A program made the translations under genes and the position numbers. The notes beneath the pieces were generated by a model. The model made no database searches and was not told the origin of the DNA. It saw only the letters and a list, made by a program, of their open reading frames with translations. A stretch of 63,534 nucleotides of DNA, filler included, from Octopus bimaculoides (Eukaryota), in NCBI RefSeq assembly GCF_001194135.2. It is 4 parts of 4 records of this genome, joined end to end, with 100 filler letters (N's around TTAATTAATTAA, not from the genome) between each part and the next. Parts side by side here need not be neighbours in the genome. Positions count along the whole stretch, not along the records: positions 62,286 to 63,534 come from NW_026352952.1; 3 more parts are not named here. One strand, 5' to 3'. Below, one piece after another: positions 63,501 to 63,534 of this stretch (position 1 is the stretch's first letter; every line of letters begins with the position of its first letter).

Positions 63501-63534
63501 CATTGGAAAATTGTCTGTGCATAACAGATAAAGG

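Noticed and set aside
1-63534. CRISPR array, prokaryotic defence system, rRNA
   Set aside because: No regularly spaced repeat-spacer units, no operon-like gene density, no rRNA-like sequence

Overview
Eukaryotic, AT-rich, microsatellite-saturated non-genic or intronic DNA. The SINE repertoire and repeat style resemble a cephalopod (Octopus-like) draft genome; this is inference from recognition, not a database result. The window has many N-gaps and three artificial 100-bp joins (N44-TTAATTAATTAA-N44), so it consists of four separately assembled segments. No prokaryotic operon, CRISPR array, rRNA or intact long gene is present, and nearly all listed ORFs are microsatellite or gap artefacts. Supportable content: about 30 copies or fragments of three tRNA-headed SINE groups, hAT MITEs (one with a perfect 8-bp TSD), Tc1/mariner transposase relics, CR1-like and R4/Dong-like LINE relics, a Ty3/Gypsy 3' end with PPT and LTR, and a frameshifted Penelope-like element (RT thumb + GIY-YIG). 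The most interesting signal is a set of short (TA)n-embedded repeats carrying hammerhead-ribozyme-like cores (CUGAUGA..GAAA, several with an extra A flanking helix II), inverted-end rearrangements, and a related ~375-bp near-perfect palindrome. These look like Penelope pLTR-derived or retrozyme-like elements. Also seen: a weak chain of phase-compatible minus-strand exon candidates, a possible Polinton-type polB relic and unidentified protein-like relics.
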